Shown piece after piece: positions 1-12,769 of a stretch of 64,000 nucleotides of DNA. The stretch spans positions 354,950,001 through 355,014,000 of the forward strand of contig OZ024741.1 in the NCBI GenBank assembly GCA_964016885.1. Direction: 5' to 3'. Origin of the DNA: Eledone cirrhosa. Taxonomy: Eukaryota. Made by a program: the position numbers and the translations under genes. A model generated the notes under the pieces. That model was not told where the DNA came from. It made no database searches and saw nothing but the letters and a program-made list of their open reading frames with translations. How positions within the stretch are numbered: the first letter of the stretch is position 1; each line of letters starts with the position of its first letter.

Positions 1-724
1 TGACACCTGATCAAAAGTGCATGAAGCTGATCACATCACGGGAAAATCTGACATTGCTTGAAGCAGATCCAGTTGGTTTCCTTGAACATTTCCTAACCCA
101 GGATGAGTGTTGGGTTCATCATTTTGAGCCAGAGACAAAGAGACAATCCTTGCAGTGGAAACACCCTTCCTCATCTGCTCCAAAGAAGGCCAATGTCGTT
201 TCATCTGAGAGAAGGTGATGGCCTCAGCATTTTGGGATGCAAAAGACATTGTGCTAATTGACTATCTTCAAAAGGGCCACATCATCAATGGAGAGTACTT
301 GATAAGGCATTTACAAAAGGCTATCAAGATAAAATGCTCAGGAAAATTGACAAAAGTGGTCTTGTTTCATCAGGACAATGTTCTAGCACACAAGTCCTTG
401 GTTTCAATGGCTGCTGTGTATGACTGGCTTTCAACTGGTTAATCACCCTCACTATTCTCCTGACTTGGCCACATTTAACTATCATCTGTTTCCCAGCATA
501 GGCTGGGAACCAGTATCACAGTGATGATGATGTCATGTCTGTTGTTGTTGACAGTTTTGACCAACAGGATGAAAGCTTGTTCACCAATGGAATCCAAGCA
601 ATGCAACATATATGGAAGAAGTGTGTGGACTGCAAGAGGGATATATGTTGAAAAATAGCCCGCTTTTGGTCACTTTCCATGAGAATATCTTGGTCAGTCT
701 ATGAACTTTTCAGCCGATCCTCGA
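1..724 (+). mobile_element. Degenerate mariner (Tc1/mariner) DNA transposon, 3' part with right terminal inverted repeat
   Basis: Frameshifted ORFs 21-218 and 215-442 give FLTQDECWVHHFEPETKRQSLQWKH, MASAFWDAKDIVLIDYLQKG and HQDN. A HPHYSPDLA-like motif is encoded at ~443-470, the stop is near 658, and a TIR-like end 'gaacttttcagccgatcctcg' lies at ~703-723. Confidence 0.9.
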
Positions 725-861
725 AAATCTCCTAGAGAATTACATTTAGGATACAATTGGCTATGGAGTGCTCAGCCGCCGGCACCTAATTTCATGAACA
801 GTTGTTCTGTTGAACAACTGGAATTCTCATTGGCACTGACAGAGGTCCAGCAACAACATGA

Positions 862-1202
862 TGAATGTGTGTGTATCTATGTTTATGTGTGTGTATATCT
901 ATTCATATGTGTGTGTTTATGTTGATCTGTGTGTCTATGTTTATGTGTGCGATTGTGGGGATGGTCTATGTATGTATGTTTGTGCCTATGTGTATCAATG
1001 TATTTATATCTGCACATGTTGTCTTTCCATGTGTGTGTGTGTGTGCATGTGTTGTCTGTGTGTACATGTGTTGTATGTGTGTACATGTGTTGCATTTGTG
1101 TATGTATGTGTGTCTATATATGTGAGTGTGTATGAGTATCTATGTGTGTGTGTAGCTATGGGGGATAGTTTGTGTGTGTGTCTATACTTGTGTATGTGTG
1201 TA
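862..1202. repeat. Degenerate (TG)n/(TATG)n microsatellite
   Basis: Direct reading of the sequence. Confidence 0.9.
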
Positions 1203-1596
1203 TAATTAAAATTATGTTGGAATATTTTAATTTAAATAGGAACCATTTAAAATGGGTTGTTTTATTTCATAGAACCAGGGGTGGTTTAAGGTGGGTTGGT
1301 ATCAAAAGAGTTAAAGCAGTCAGCTTCACTCACACCTCTAATACTTTTGAAGGAAATCCTGAAAGTCACAGATTCCCACTCCTATCCTAAATATATATAT
1401 ATATAAGAGCTTTGTACCTTGTCAAAATAAATTGATAAATTACATTTATGGACAGTTTCATCCTGTTACGGCACAGAACCATAAATATCAATGTTAGTGA
1501 CATTTTTAAAGGATTATGTCATGTTATTTTTATGACCTCAGACAAATAATACTTTCCTTAAAATGAGTGCAGGGTTTAAAATGTAGGTATATAGCA

Positions 1597-1905
1597 GGGT
1601 GGTATTTAGAGACACCCTGTGCGATGAAATACAAGACCCAAAAAGGGCGGAGGAGCTCGGCAGAGTCAACAGACATCAAAATCTTTTTTTTTTTGTTTTC
1701 TATTCCACCTGGGAGTGAAAGGCCTCCAGTTGTTGTCACAACACCTTTCTAAGAGGGGTAAACTCTGAGAAAAAAAAACCTCCGGCTTCGGAAGCATCCG
1801 ATGATGTTGACCAGTTCTCCTTTTCGGGCAGTGTTTTCGATGCTCAGAGAGTGGGATTGGTCGAGTGCAAGACCTTTCCCCTCTTAAAAAACCTTCAAAG
1901 CACTG
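1597..1905 (+). mobile_element. RTE-type LINE 5' UTR-derived fragment
   Basis: Contains 'ctaagaggggtaaactctga', resembling the ctaggagaaggaaaactctga motif of RTE leaders. It is homologous to the reverse complement of 11650-11925 (gcatccgatgatgttgaccagttctcctttt...gagagtgggattggtc). Confidence 0.55.
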
Positions 1906-2021
1906 GCATTGCTTGTTCAGGATGTGTTACAGGTTTGTGTGGCAGGCCGTAGCCTAAAAGTGCACCAAACTCTATAATCTGACAAGCGATTGCAATACTC
2001 TTAGCAGAGTTTGCAGCCATC

Positions 2022-2660
2022 ATGTATGTACATATGTATGTCTATGTGAACAAATATGTATGTGTATGTATGTGAGCATGTGTGTATGAATGTATTATAT
2101 ATGTGAGCATGTGTGTGTGAATGTATGTATATATGTGAGCTTGTGTGTGTGTGTGTGTGAATGTATGTATATATGTGAGCTTGTGTGTGTGTGTGTGAAT
2201 GTATGTATATATGTGAGCTTGTGTGTGTGTGTGAATGTATGTATATATGTGAGCTTGTGTACGTGTGAATGTAATTGTATATATGAGCATGTCTATATGA
2301 ATATATGTATATGTGACCACATGTGTGTGAATATGTGTATATATGAGCATGAGTATGTAAATGTATGTATTTATGTGAGCCTATGTATGTAAATGTATGT
2401 GTTGATGTGAGCATCATCATCATCATCATCGTTTAACATCCATCTTCCACGTTAGCTGTGAGCATGTGTGTGTATATATGAATGTATGTGTACATGTGAG
2501 TATATATGTATTTATGTGATTGAGCATGTGTATATGTGAATGTATGTGTGCATATGAGTGTGTGTCTCAATGTATGCGTCCCTGAATGTATGTGTCTCTG
2601 AATGTATGTGTCTCTGAATGTATGTGTCTCTGAATGTATGTGTCTCTGAATGTATGTGTG
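2022..2660. repeat. Minisatellite / degenerate TG-rich tandem repeat
   Basis: Units such as gtgaatgtatgtatatatgtgagcttgtgtgtgt and (ctctgaatgtatgtgt)n. Confidence 0.85.
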
Positions 2661-3034
2661 GGCAGATGATTGGCTGCCCTTCCCATATCACTTTGTGCAC
2701 TTAAAGTTCCAAGTTCTGTTTTTTCTTAATTATCTTTAATTAATTAGTTATCTATTGTGTTTGTTAACACTTTTTTGATTACTAGTGAAAGGTGGAATGG
2801 CAGAGCCTGATCTTTGAATCTGGTGTGACTGTGGAGACCGGATGTGGCTTTATGTAATACTTTGTTCTTTGTAAAGTGATTTCCATGTCTCTGTAGAGTC
2901 AGTCATGGTTGAGTGGTTAAGAAGTTTGCTTCTCAATCATAAGGTCCTGGGTTCAATCCCATATGATCTTTCCGAAGTATGTCAAGGCACTGACCCCCTT
3001 CTCTCATTTCTCTCCTCTTCTTTTCAGTGGTGCA

Positions 3035-3295
3035 TCATCATCATCATTAGCATTTAACATCCATTTTTCCATGCCTGCATGGGTTAGATGAGTTGTCCCA
3101 TTGTGAGACAAGCCAAGTCAGATGCCCATGTCTTGCTCATACAGAACTGTTTTGGGCTTGGTTTCTATGGTAGGATGCCTTTCCTAATGCCAACCACATT
3201 CATAGTGTAGACTGGGTGCTTTTTGTTGTGATGCCTACATGACTACTTTACAGCATGGACTGGGTTCTTTTTGTGGTGACACACAACTTTACAGA
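3035..3295 (-). mobile_element. RTE/SINE 3' tail fragment
   Basis: The reverse complement matches the 3' UTR at 20730-21000 (ttggcattaggaaaggcatcc...catgcaggcatggaaaaatggatgttaaatg) and ends in (GAT)n. Confidence 0.7.
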
Positions 3296-3649
3296 TTGAA
3301 AAAAAACATCATATTTAAAAAAACTTAGCGTGATATGCTTATACTGAAATTCTGCCTTAAAATTATTACAAATTAGAATGTGTCCCTTCTACACACTCAA
3401 ACACCCAAACCTACCAATCACAATCTCCTTTTGAAATAATTTTGGCAGACCAAGATAAAGTTCTGTATTGAGGGTGTATATATCTATATTTATTACACTA
3501 ATTATGCTGTCATTTAGGTTCAAGTGTTTCTTTGACTGCCTATTTCAAATTCTTCTGAGCCAGGCCCCAAATCTTCAGCCTGTATTGACACCATTGTTAG
3601 TGTAATAAATTTATATATATATATATTTATATACAGGACTAAGGTCTCT

Positions 3650-3867
3650 GGTATTACGCAGTAATACGAAGACCCGACTTACACAGGCCGAAGCTGAAGC
3701 ATATATACAGTATGCACCACACCACCCTCCCATACATCTCCCATGAGGACAAGCCAAAGTATACATGCAGGATTCCATCTAGTTGATTTTCAAACTCCTG
3801 TGAGAGTGTACATGTCTCACAACCATACGACAAGACAGATTCAACCATTGCTAAAAAGAGTCTGATC
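3650..3867 (-). mobile_element. RTE LINE fragment (C-terminal to the RT domain)
   Basis: Translation MVESVLSYGCETCTLSQEFENQLDG matches the RTE 'LLYGxETW' block. Confidence 0.7.
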
Positions 3868-4119
3868 TTAACCCTTTCATTACCATATTTCTAATGAAAA
3901 GCATTGCATGTAATTAAAAAAAAATTGAAAATAATCAAGAATTTGGAGGGATTTAGTAACATAACTAACTTTCTTATTGATAAGCTAGTGTTTGAAACAT
4001 AAAAGTCCTTACTTAAAATTATGATAAAAGTTTTAGATAAATATAAAGACTTTGAAATAAACAACTTTACAATGTAGAAACAAGGGTGACTTCAAGTAGT
4101 TTGGTATCAAAAGGATTAA
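3868..4119. mobile_element. piggyBac-type MITE, family A (TTAA-CCCTTT ... AAAGG-TTAA)
   Basis: Ends are ttaaccctttc and aaaaggattaa. Related copies lie at ~7787-8260, 8690-8912, 9147-9397, 15185-15339, 15830-16037 and 27420-27640. Confidence 0.65.
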
Positions 4120-5019
4120 TACTCTTCCTCAGGGGCTATCAAAACTCCAAGATATTTGAAATTTTCATCACCAGAATTGTTAAAATATTTGTCACACCAT
4201 TATTACATGTCAATTGGGCTCAATAGTAATAAGACAGATAAATATATATATATATATGTTTCCCAAAGTATAACAATATATATATGTATATATATTAATA
4301 AAAGATCGGAGGCCATATTCAGTTGATTCAGGTTTATTTAAAACTCCGATATACATATTTCACTGAGGACTATCAATTATGATAGCCTGAGCAAATAGAT
4401 GGCAAAACCTAAAATAAACATTGAAAGTTCTCAAGAAACTTTTAAATTTGGAAAAATCTAATAATTTCCTTGAAAAAAGATTTTCATGATACAGGGGGCC
4501 GGCCAAACACGTGGTGTTGTTTCTTCGACAGCCGGCTCCTGTATGACTCCAAGAGTTTTGGCAGAAGAGCTGGTCCATTTAGGACGGTTGGTAGCCCTTC
4601 TCCCTCCTCTCCTTATCATTATCTGTTGTAGTAGTAGTCTCAGTGGCTGCTATAATAGTAGTGACAACCCCCTCCCAGCCACATATTGTCCACAGGTTTG
4701 CATCAACTGTGAATATTATAACTGATACCAAAATTAACTATATAAGAATAGATTAAGATACAATAAATAAACTAATTAATTAATTAAGAACAGGAGATAC
4801 AGAATATCTGTTCTATGCTGGTTGGAGTTTGTGACCTTAGGTAGCATGCATTTGTGTTGAGAACTTATTTCATCATCAGTATCATCATTTTTATGTCCAT
4901 TGGGTTGGATGAGTCCTTCTCAGTACTGCATCTATACACTTGCCGTGTTCCCATGCATACCAGTCTCCCCTCTCTACGCCATCGATGTTGTCCAATACAC
5001 AAGCTTGGCACCAATGACG

Positions 5020-5170
5020 TCTCAACTCATCTCTACAGCTGAGTGAACTGGAGCAACGTGGAATAAAGTGCCTTGCTCAAAAACACAACACAAAGCCCAG
5101 TCCGAGAATCGAACCCACAACCTCGCGATTGTAAGCCCAACATTCTAACCACTAAGCCATGTGCCTTCAC
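5020..5170 (-). mobile_element. tRNA-derived CORE-type SINE head
   Basis: The reverse complement has an A box (tggcttagtggttagaatg), a B box (gggttcgattc) and the core 'ttgagcaaggcactttattccacgttgctccagttcactcagctg'. Confidence 0.75.
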
Positions 5171-5176
5171 ACATTT

Positions 5177-5504
5177 CATCATTTCATCATCATTTTACGT
5201 CCACTTTTCCCTGCTTGCAAGGGTGGGACGGGAACAGATTCTGGCTTGATTTCTACAGCTGGATGCCCTTCCTAACACCAACCTCATTTACAGTGAGTGC
5301 TGGGTGCTTTTTTGCCATGGCACCTCCACGACCACTTTGCAGTGGAATGATAGGGACCCCAGTCCTATCATCTCATTTCTACAGCTAAGCAAACTGGAGC
5401 AATGTGAAATAAAGTGTCTTGCTCAAGGAAACAACACATCACCCAATCTGAGAATTGAATTCACAACCTTTCGATTGCAAGGCCAATGCTCTAACCACTA
5501 AGCT
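5177..5504 (-). mobile_element. Composite SINE: tRNA head + CORE-like body + RTE-derived 3' tail
   Basis: Near-identical to 36500-36821 and 36086-36375. The tail matches the RTE 3' UTR at 21590-21840. Confidence 0.8.
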
Positions 5505-6979
5505 ATATATATAATGTATGTGCATGTGTATCTATACATATATATATATGTGTGTCTATATCACTGGGAATACAGATCATGCGTTGGTTTAGTGCGGGTT
5601 ATGAGAACAGGTTTAAGGTGTTTTCTGTATGTTTTGTTTACTGGTTAAGGCAACCAATTATTTACACACACACACACACACATACACATACACACATATA
5701 TATATGTGTGTATGTGTTCAGTATATTGTAGTATAGCAGTATGCTGCCTGGTGTCTATAGACAAGCAGACCAGTAAAAAAGGTGATTAATTTAAGAAGGA
5801 AGAGGAGCTGGGGAGTAGATAGGGGGGGGGGGGGGTAGTGTGGTAGCCAAAGGAGTGAAGTGGGTAAATGGGGAGGGGAAGGGGGGTTAATCATGGACAT
5901 CACACCAAGTTGCCACTGACCAATAAATAATGACAACCTAAAGTAAGACCAACATTTCTGGACATTGCATTGCTGCTATTGTCATTGAAGTTGTGGTGAT
6001 GGTGGTGATGGCGGCGGTGGTGGTGATGGTGGTAGTGATTATGGTGGTGATGGTGGTGGTATTTGATTCTTGTAGTAGTAGTAGTTGACTCTTGCAGTTG
6101 TATTTGTTGTTGTTGTGGTGGTGGTGGTGGAGGTGATCATTGTCATTGTGGTGGGTTGACTTTTGTAGTGTGGTTGTAATGTTGGTGTTGTGGTGGTGTT
6201 TGTGATGATAGTGCTGGTTGTGGAAGTGGTGGTGCTTGACTCTTGCAATTGTTGTTGTTATTGTAGTGGTGGTTTCTGCCTGTTGTGTTAACTTTTGTTG
6301 TAGTTCTTGTCTGTTATTTTGCGGTACTGTTTTGTCAAGTAACCCACATCATATACGTGACAATATAGAAGAGATTTGTAAGATGTCATGTAGTTCTTGG
6401 CTGTTGTAGTTCTTGGCTGTTGTTGGTAGCAAAATATTTCTTGTGGCTGTGTTTTCACAAAATCATCCAACTGACATCCGCTAAACACACACACATATTA
6501 CACACTCACATATACACTCATTCACACACACACACACTGACTCAGACATATTCACACACACTCACTGTGTTGTGCTCACGCACACACACACACACACACA
6601 TTGACACAGACACACTCACTTACACACACAAACTCATTCACACACACACACTACAGATAGGGAAGTAATATGAGTGTAGAGCAACACACAATATTCAGAA
6701 AGTCTTCCTTTATTTATCAGAAGCAGGAAGAATAATTGTTTCTACTTTAGGCACAAGGCCAGCAATTACCCAGTTCATTACTGGTACTTTATTTTTATCG
6801 ACCCCGTAAGGATGAAAGGCAAAGTCAACCTCGGCGGGGAATAATATAATCCAACAAGTGATTCACATTGGATTACATTCTCTCTACATCATCACACCAC
6901 CACCACCACTGTCACCACCATCATCACCAACAATAACAACACCACCACTACTATAACCACAGCCAACACCACACTACTA

Positions 6980-7029
6980 CTACTACTACTACTACTACTG
7001 CCACCGCCACTACAACAACAACAACAACA

Positions 7030-7077
<48 letters not shown>

Positions 7078-7078
7078 G
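6980..7078. repeat. (ACT)n/(ACA)n trinucleotide microsatellite
   Basis: Direct reading of the sequence. Confidence 0.95.
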
Positions 7079-7497
7079 TGAGAAGTGTTGAATTCTTATC
7101 AGTATATATTTTCCTATAATATAACAGATCTGGATACTGGATATTGCCTTTCAACTTTATGGAAACTGTTGCCATTTGGATAGATTGCCACGGATGCATT
7201 CTTAAAAATACTTTGATATGGAAAATCTTTCACTAATCTCCTAAACACTCAGAGAGTATACTTTCCTTGAAGAATTACTGCATTTGTATTTAACTATATA
7301 TATATATATATTTTTTTTTTTTGAGCCATCATTTTGCTATACTTATACATAGACATTCACTCACACACACACACATACATATATATATACACATACATAT
7401 ACATATTTTCATATATATTGAATATATCCCCCACAATATCATTATCATAATTATCATCATAGGTTCATTTTACTTGATATCAAGAGTTGGAGTAAGG

Positions 7498-7534
<37 letters not shown>

Positions 7535-7915
7535 AACATACATAAATTCATATATTTACACATATATATATATATATACAATGCAATTATATACATAGCT
7601 ATAAATAAACATACATGCATCAATATATATACTCATATATATAGATTCACACACACACACACAAACACACACACCTCTATATATAGTAAAAGCAACAAAA
7701 ATAAGACTAAACATGAATGAAGTCTACTTTATTGAACGCCACAGTAGGTCAGGGAAACGGTAAGTTGTATTAACCTCTTTAGATTATTAATCCTTTTGAT
7801 ATCAAACCACCTGAAACTAATCCTAGTTTCAGGTGGTTATTTAACATTATGAAACTGGTTATTTTAAAACCTTCCACCATAAAATTGTATAAGAACCTTT
7901 GTCCTTAACACAAAC

Positions 7916-8139
7916 TTAACCTTTTAGCATTTAAACTGACTGTATCTGGCCAGAATTCTTTCACCTCTTTCTGTTCAAACTGGCCATAACTGGCTGCTTA
8001 TACTTATGTTAAGGTATTGCTCTCAAAATAAATATCAAAATCTTGTAGATTCAATATTATGTGAGATAATTATGTGAAATTAAGTGTCAACTGAAAATAC
8101 AATAGTATATGTAGAGTAATGTAAATTCTTAAGGGTTAA
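7916..8139. mobile_element. piggyBac-type MITE, family B, nested in a family A copy
   Basis: TTAA at 7916-7919 and 8136-8139 flanks ccttttagcattt...aaattcttaaggg. Other copies lie at 9477-9688, 13546-13760, 23791-24018 and 27210-27420. Confidence 0.7.
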
Positions 8140-10559
8140 TTATAAGAAAGTTAGTATTATCGCTAAATACCTCCAAGTTTTTGAGTTTTGTCAAAATTAT
8201 TTTAAAATCATAAGCACATAAGCAATGTCTTTCTTTAAAAATATGATAATGAAAAGGTGAATCTCTACACGAGGTTATCATTCATGGCATCAAGTACAAC
8301 TCATAAGGTTTGAGTAGCATTTATAATAGAAACATTGTATTCTTTAGGGAAGTGGATTGGCAGAATTGTTAGAACATTCGAAAACTGCTTTGCAGCATTT
8401 GATCATTCTCTTTATGTTCCGAGTTCAAATCCTGTCAAGGCCAACTTTGCCTTTTAGTTTTCCAGGGTCTCTAAAATAAGGTACCAGTCAAATACTATTG
8501 TTGATATAATCGACTTTCCTCTCCCCACAAATTTCTGGTGTTGTGCTTTAATTAGAAATCATCATTAACGTTTCCATTATATCATCTTTACGGGGTCGAT
8601 AAAATAAAGTACCAGTAATACACTGGGTAATTGCTGGCCTTGTGCCTAACGTAGAAACAATTATTATTAATGAAGGATACTGTCCCCTTATAATTTTCAA
8701 ATAATTTTGAAAATAATCAAGAATTTGGAGGGATTTAGGAATATAATTAACTTTCTCATTATTAAGCTGGAGTTTAGAACATAAATTAAGAAAGGTTCTT
8801 ACATGAAATTATGATTGAAGGGTTTTAAGTAAATATAAACAATTTAAAATAAAGATCTCTGTATTGTGGAACCTGGGGGTGGTTTCAGGTGGTTTAGTAT
8901 CAGAAGGGTTAATACTCTTCTTCCCAACTCAAGAATACGGCATTGACATTTCAACGCTATTCCCATCTAACTTTAATAACTTTCTTTGCTTTGCCTCACA
9001 TAATATATATGTATCTCAGCATACCTTCAGATGTTCTACACCAGGTGTTTTTTGGCTATCCAGCTTTTTACTTGCTACCTTTGGTATCCTGTTCTAGTCC
9101 ATTTTGAGTACATGACCTATGCACCTGAAATGCCAGCATTTTATTTTAACCATTTTGATACAAAATCGTCTGAAACCACCCCTGATTCTATGATATGTTT
9201 CAAAGTGTTTTTATTTATCTAAAAACTTTCCATCATAATTTTATGCAAGAACTTTTGATAAGTTATGTTTCAAACACCAATTTAATAATGAGAAAGTTGG
9301 TTATATTACTAAAATTCTTCAAATGTTTGACTATTGAAAAATATTTTGAAAATCATAGGCAGTGTCTTTCATTAGAAATATAGTAACAAAAGAATTAAGG
9401 ACCACATTATTGCAACCAGTTTTGCAATACGTATGACATTTTATTGGGCTAATCCTTTAAACCTTCTCACATTAATTAACCCTTTATTCTACATATACTA
9501 TTGTATTTTCACAGCAAAGGCTTTATCTCATATAATATTTCACATAATATTGAATCTATGAGATTTTGATATTATTTATTTTGAGAACAATACCCTAACA
9601 TCGGAATGAGTGGCCAGTTGCTAGTTTGAACAGAAAGAGGTGAGAAAATTCTGGCCGGATATGGCTGTTTTAAATGCTAAAGAGTTAAGGTACCATAGGA
9701 GTAGAGAGGATGACAGGATTGGTTTTGTTATATTTAGTGATGTCCCTTTATGTTCTAAGTTCAATCCTAGTAAGGTCAGCTTTGCTTTTCATATTCTCAG
9801 GAAGTACAGGGACCAATAAAATAAAGTAACATTCATGTTCTAGAGTTAATTTAATCAACCTCAGCACTCTATCCCATGCCATCTGTAAATTTTGGACATT
9901 GTTCTGAAGTTAGAAAACATGTGTACCTACCATGTTATTATCACCATCATTATCACTGTTTAATATCTATTTTCCATGCTGGCATGGGTTAGACGGGTTG
10001 TCATGTTCTGAAGCCAGACAAGTCAGATGACCACAACCTGCTCATACTTTCCATTCTGGCATGGTTTTTATGATTGGATGCCCTTTTAATGTCAATCACT
10101 TTACAGCATGGACTGAGCATTTTTTTGGCATCAGCACTACAGAGTTGACTGGGTCCTTTTTGTCATGATGCCAATGCTACCACTTTACAGGCATGACTGG
10201 GTGCTTTTTATTGTGGCCCCAGTTCTACCACCTCATAACACCAGCACAACTTCTAAGGAGCTGAGGCTAAAGTAAAAGACACTTGCTCCTGAGGAGTACC
10301 AATTTATGTAGCTTGTAGGAAGTTGTAGCAAATCAAGGAATGAAACTAGCAGAACATGTATTCCAAATTTCAGCAGGATGATAACAAGAACTGCAATAAG
10401 ACTGTATGAGAGGGACTAACTACTAAGTAAGTCCTTCCTAAACAACTGAACCCACAGGAAAACAAGAGTTTGAATTCAAGGATTTTTTTTAATTTCCCTG
10501 AAAGTTGCCCTCACCACAGCTAAGGAATTCTATCTAACCCTCTCCCAGATCGATTTTCT

Positions 10560-11325
10560 GACAAGAACTAGGTGTTTACAAAAAGGGATTGAATGTAAAT
10601 CTTGGGTACACAAAAGATGTAGTGGGATAATGAGTAGACTAACAGGAAGGGAAAACTTTGCTTGAGAAGATGCACAGGAGAAATTGAGAGGTTGAATGCT
10701 AATGTTATAAACCTTTTCATAGGAAGGATTCATAAACGTAGGTAATAGCTTCTGCTATCTAGGTGACCTAATTAGCAGCAGATGTGCCGAGAGTATAATA
10801 GCTAGAATAAGGATAGGATGGAACAAGTTTAGAGGACTGCTCCCACTGCTGACAACAAAAGATTTCTTCCTACGTACAAAAGGAAGGCTGTATGATGCCA
10901 GTGTGCAGTGGGCTGTGACTGCAGAGAACATGCATAGACTGGAGAGAAAAGAAGCAACTTTGTTTCATTGGATGTGCAATGTAAATGTGAGAGAAAGGCA
11001 GAGCTTAGACAAGCTGAGGGAGAAGCTGGGTTTAAGGGGAATCCGTGATGGTATGCAGGAGAGAAAACTGTGTTGGTATGGATATGTGATGCATATGGAC
11101 AATGACCAATGGGTGAAGAAAAGCCAGGAAATCCCAGTGGAAGGAAACTGCAATAGAGGACGACCAAGAAAGACCTGGGCAGAGGTTGTGAGAGCGGACC
11201 TCAAATCACTAAGACTGGCAGAGGAGATGATGAAAGAACGCGACAAGTAGAGAGATAGCATGCTGAGAAGGACCCGTCCAACTCATGCAAGCATGAAAAG
11301 CGGATGTAAATATGATGATGATGTG
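10560..11325 (+). mobile_element. Degenerate RTE LINE 3' half, related to the 17.7-21.0 kb family
   Basis: ORF 10903-11250 reads MHRLERKEATLFHWMCNV...LCWYGYVMHM...RGRPRKTW. A remnant of the Cys-rich WVHKRCSGI motif is at ~10602-10630, and a (GAT)n tail is at ~11312. Confidence 0.85.
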
Positions 11326-11649
11326 TGTAATATGTGTAGAACATATACAACATATCCTGTATGCCGTAAGAAGCAACAAAAAGCTTTGGCACCTGGAAGG
11401 GTATCCGGCTTTAAAACCTATCCTGCTCAAAAAAGGACTCAATGTCATGGGAACTGGGGGGGGGGGGGGCTTTAAAAAGGCTTGTATACATACATACATT
11501 AATGATGGCTGCAACTCGATTTTGAGTAATTCCATCACTTGATACTTAAGCATGAGCATCACGGACATGGCTTTTTAATCCTGCTAGGGACTTGCCTATG
11601 GCCAGCAATACCATGCATCACAAAAAAATGTCACATATCAAACGATACC

Positions 11650-12030
11650 TCTGCTTGAAGCTTTTTTAAGTGAGGAAAGGCTTTGCATGGGACCAATCCC
11701 ACTCTCGGAACATCAAATGCATTTGCCCAAAAAGAAGAACTGGTCTACATCATTGGATGCAAATGAAGTCGCAGGTTTTATATCAGAGTGACCTTCTCCT
11801 AGGGTGATGTCTTAATGAAGACTAGGAGTCTCTCGCTCCACAGGAAAAAAAAAAAAAATTATTGGATGGCCATTGATTCTTGTAAGTTCCTCCACCCTTT
11901 GACAGGGTGTCCAAATTCACCCTCTTCACCAAGCAAGCTTGGTGGGGTTGCTGGTTTAGTCGCTGACGACCCGACCATACATAGGTTGTACTGGGTTACA
12001 TGTTACCAGTAGCGCTGAAGAGCGACCTGA
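11650..12030 (-). mobile_element. RTE-type LINE 5' leader fragment with multiple hairpins
   Basis: The minus strand contains ctaggagaaggtcactctga. It is homologous to 1597-1905. Confidence 0.55.
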
Positions 12031-12169
12031 CATACATACATACTTATCAATACGCACAAACATAACACCTGTATTATTATAAAGTCTTCATGAATGAGAG
12101 GGTCTTGTGAAATAGTTGGAGAATATGGTTAACTTCCACAAATACAAGGGCAGTCAGTCGCATTGTCCT

Positions 12170-12189
12170 TGCTACTACTGCTGCTGTTG

Positions 12190-12238
<49 letters not shown>

Positions 12239-12410
12239 TACCACCACCCCACCACCACCACCACCACTACTACCCCCCCCCCCCCCCCCACCACCACCAC
12301 TACCACTACCCCCCCCACTACTACTTACTACCACCACTACCACCACCACCACTACTATTATTACCACCATCACCACCACTGCTATCACCACTAATACTAC
12401 TAATACTGCC
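12170..12410. repeat. (CTA)n/(CCA)n microsatellite
   Basis: Direct reading of the sequence. Confidence 0.95.
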
Positions 12411-12769
12411 TTCAAGTTGTCTGTCCACTGTCATTACCATTATCAAAGTGTTATGGAGCAATAGGGACAGATTTAGGTGGCTGTGCCACATGCAAACACA
12501 TACACACAGCTTCAGTATTGTCACCTTGTTTGTTAATGACCTGTTGTGTGTGGCATGTAATGCTGTGTAGTCTGAGATATGTATCATTAACCACTCTCTT
12601 TGGAAAATTCCATTTTGCCAGTCTGCCCGTTATTATCAACATACATACAAATTTCCATTGAATGTATGTGTGTGTGTGTGTGTGTATGTGTGTTAATTTC
12701 GAGTACATTTTTGACCAGCCACCTTTCTGGTGGCAAGCTTGTAAAAGAAAAGAAATTGTCATCCCTTGA

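Noticed and set aside
2903-2962. tRNA-like A/B boxes here and at many other sites (5100-5160, 25965-26040, 33820-33876)
   Set aside because: There is no complete cloverleaf. They are SINE heads, not tRNA genes.
11945-12030. HDV-like, twister or pistol ribozyme call for the RTE leader
   Set aside because: A P1-like helix is present, but the required P3/L3, P1.1 or pseudoknot elements could not be placed.
12077-12587. Poly-V/G/Y/H/P ORFs here and at 6039-6248, 6951-7199 and 22677-23549
   Set aside because: These are translations of trinucleotide microsatellites.
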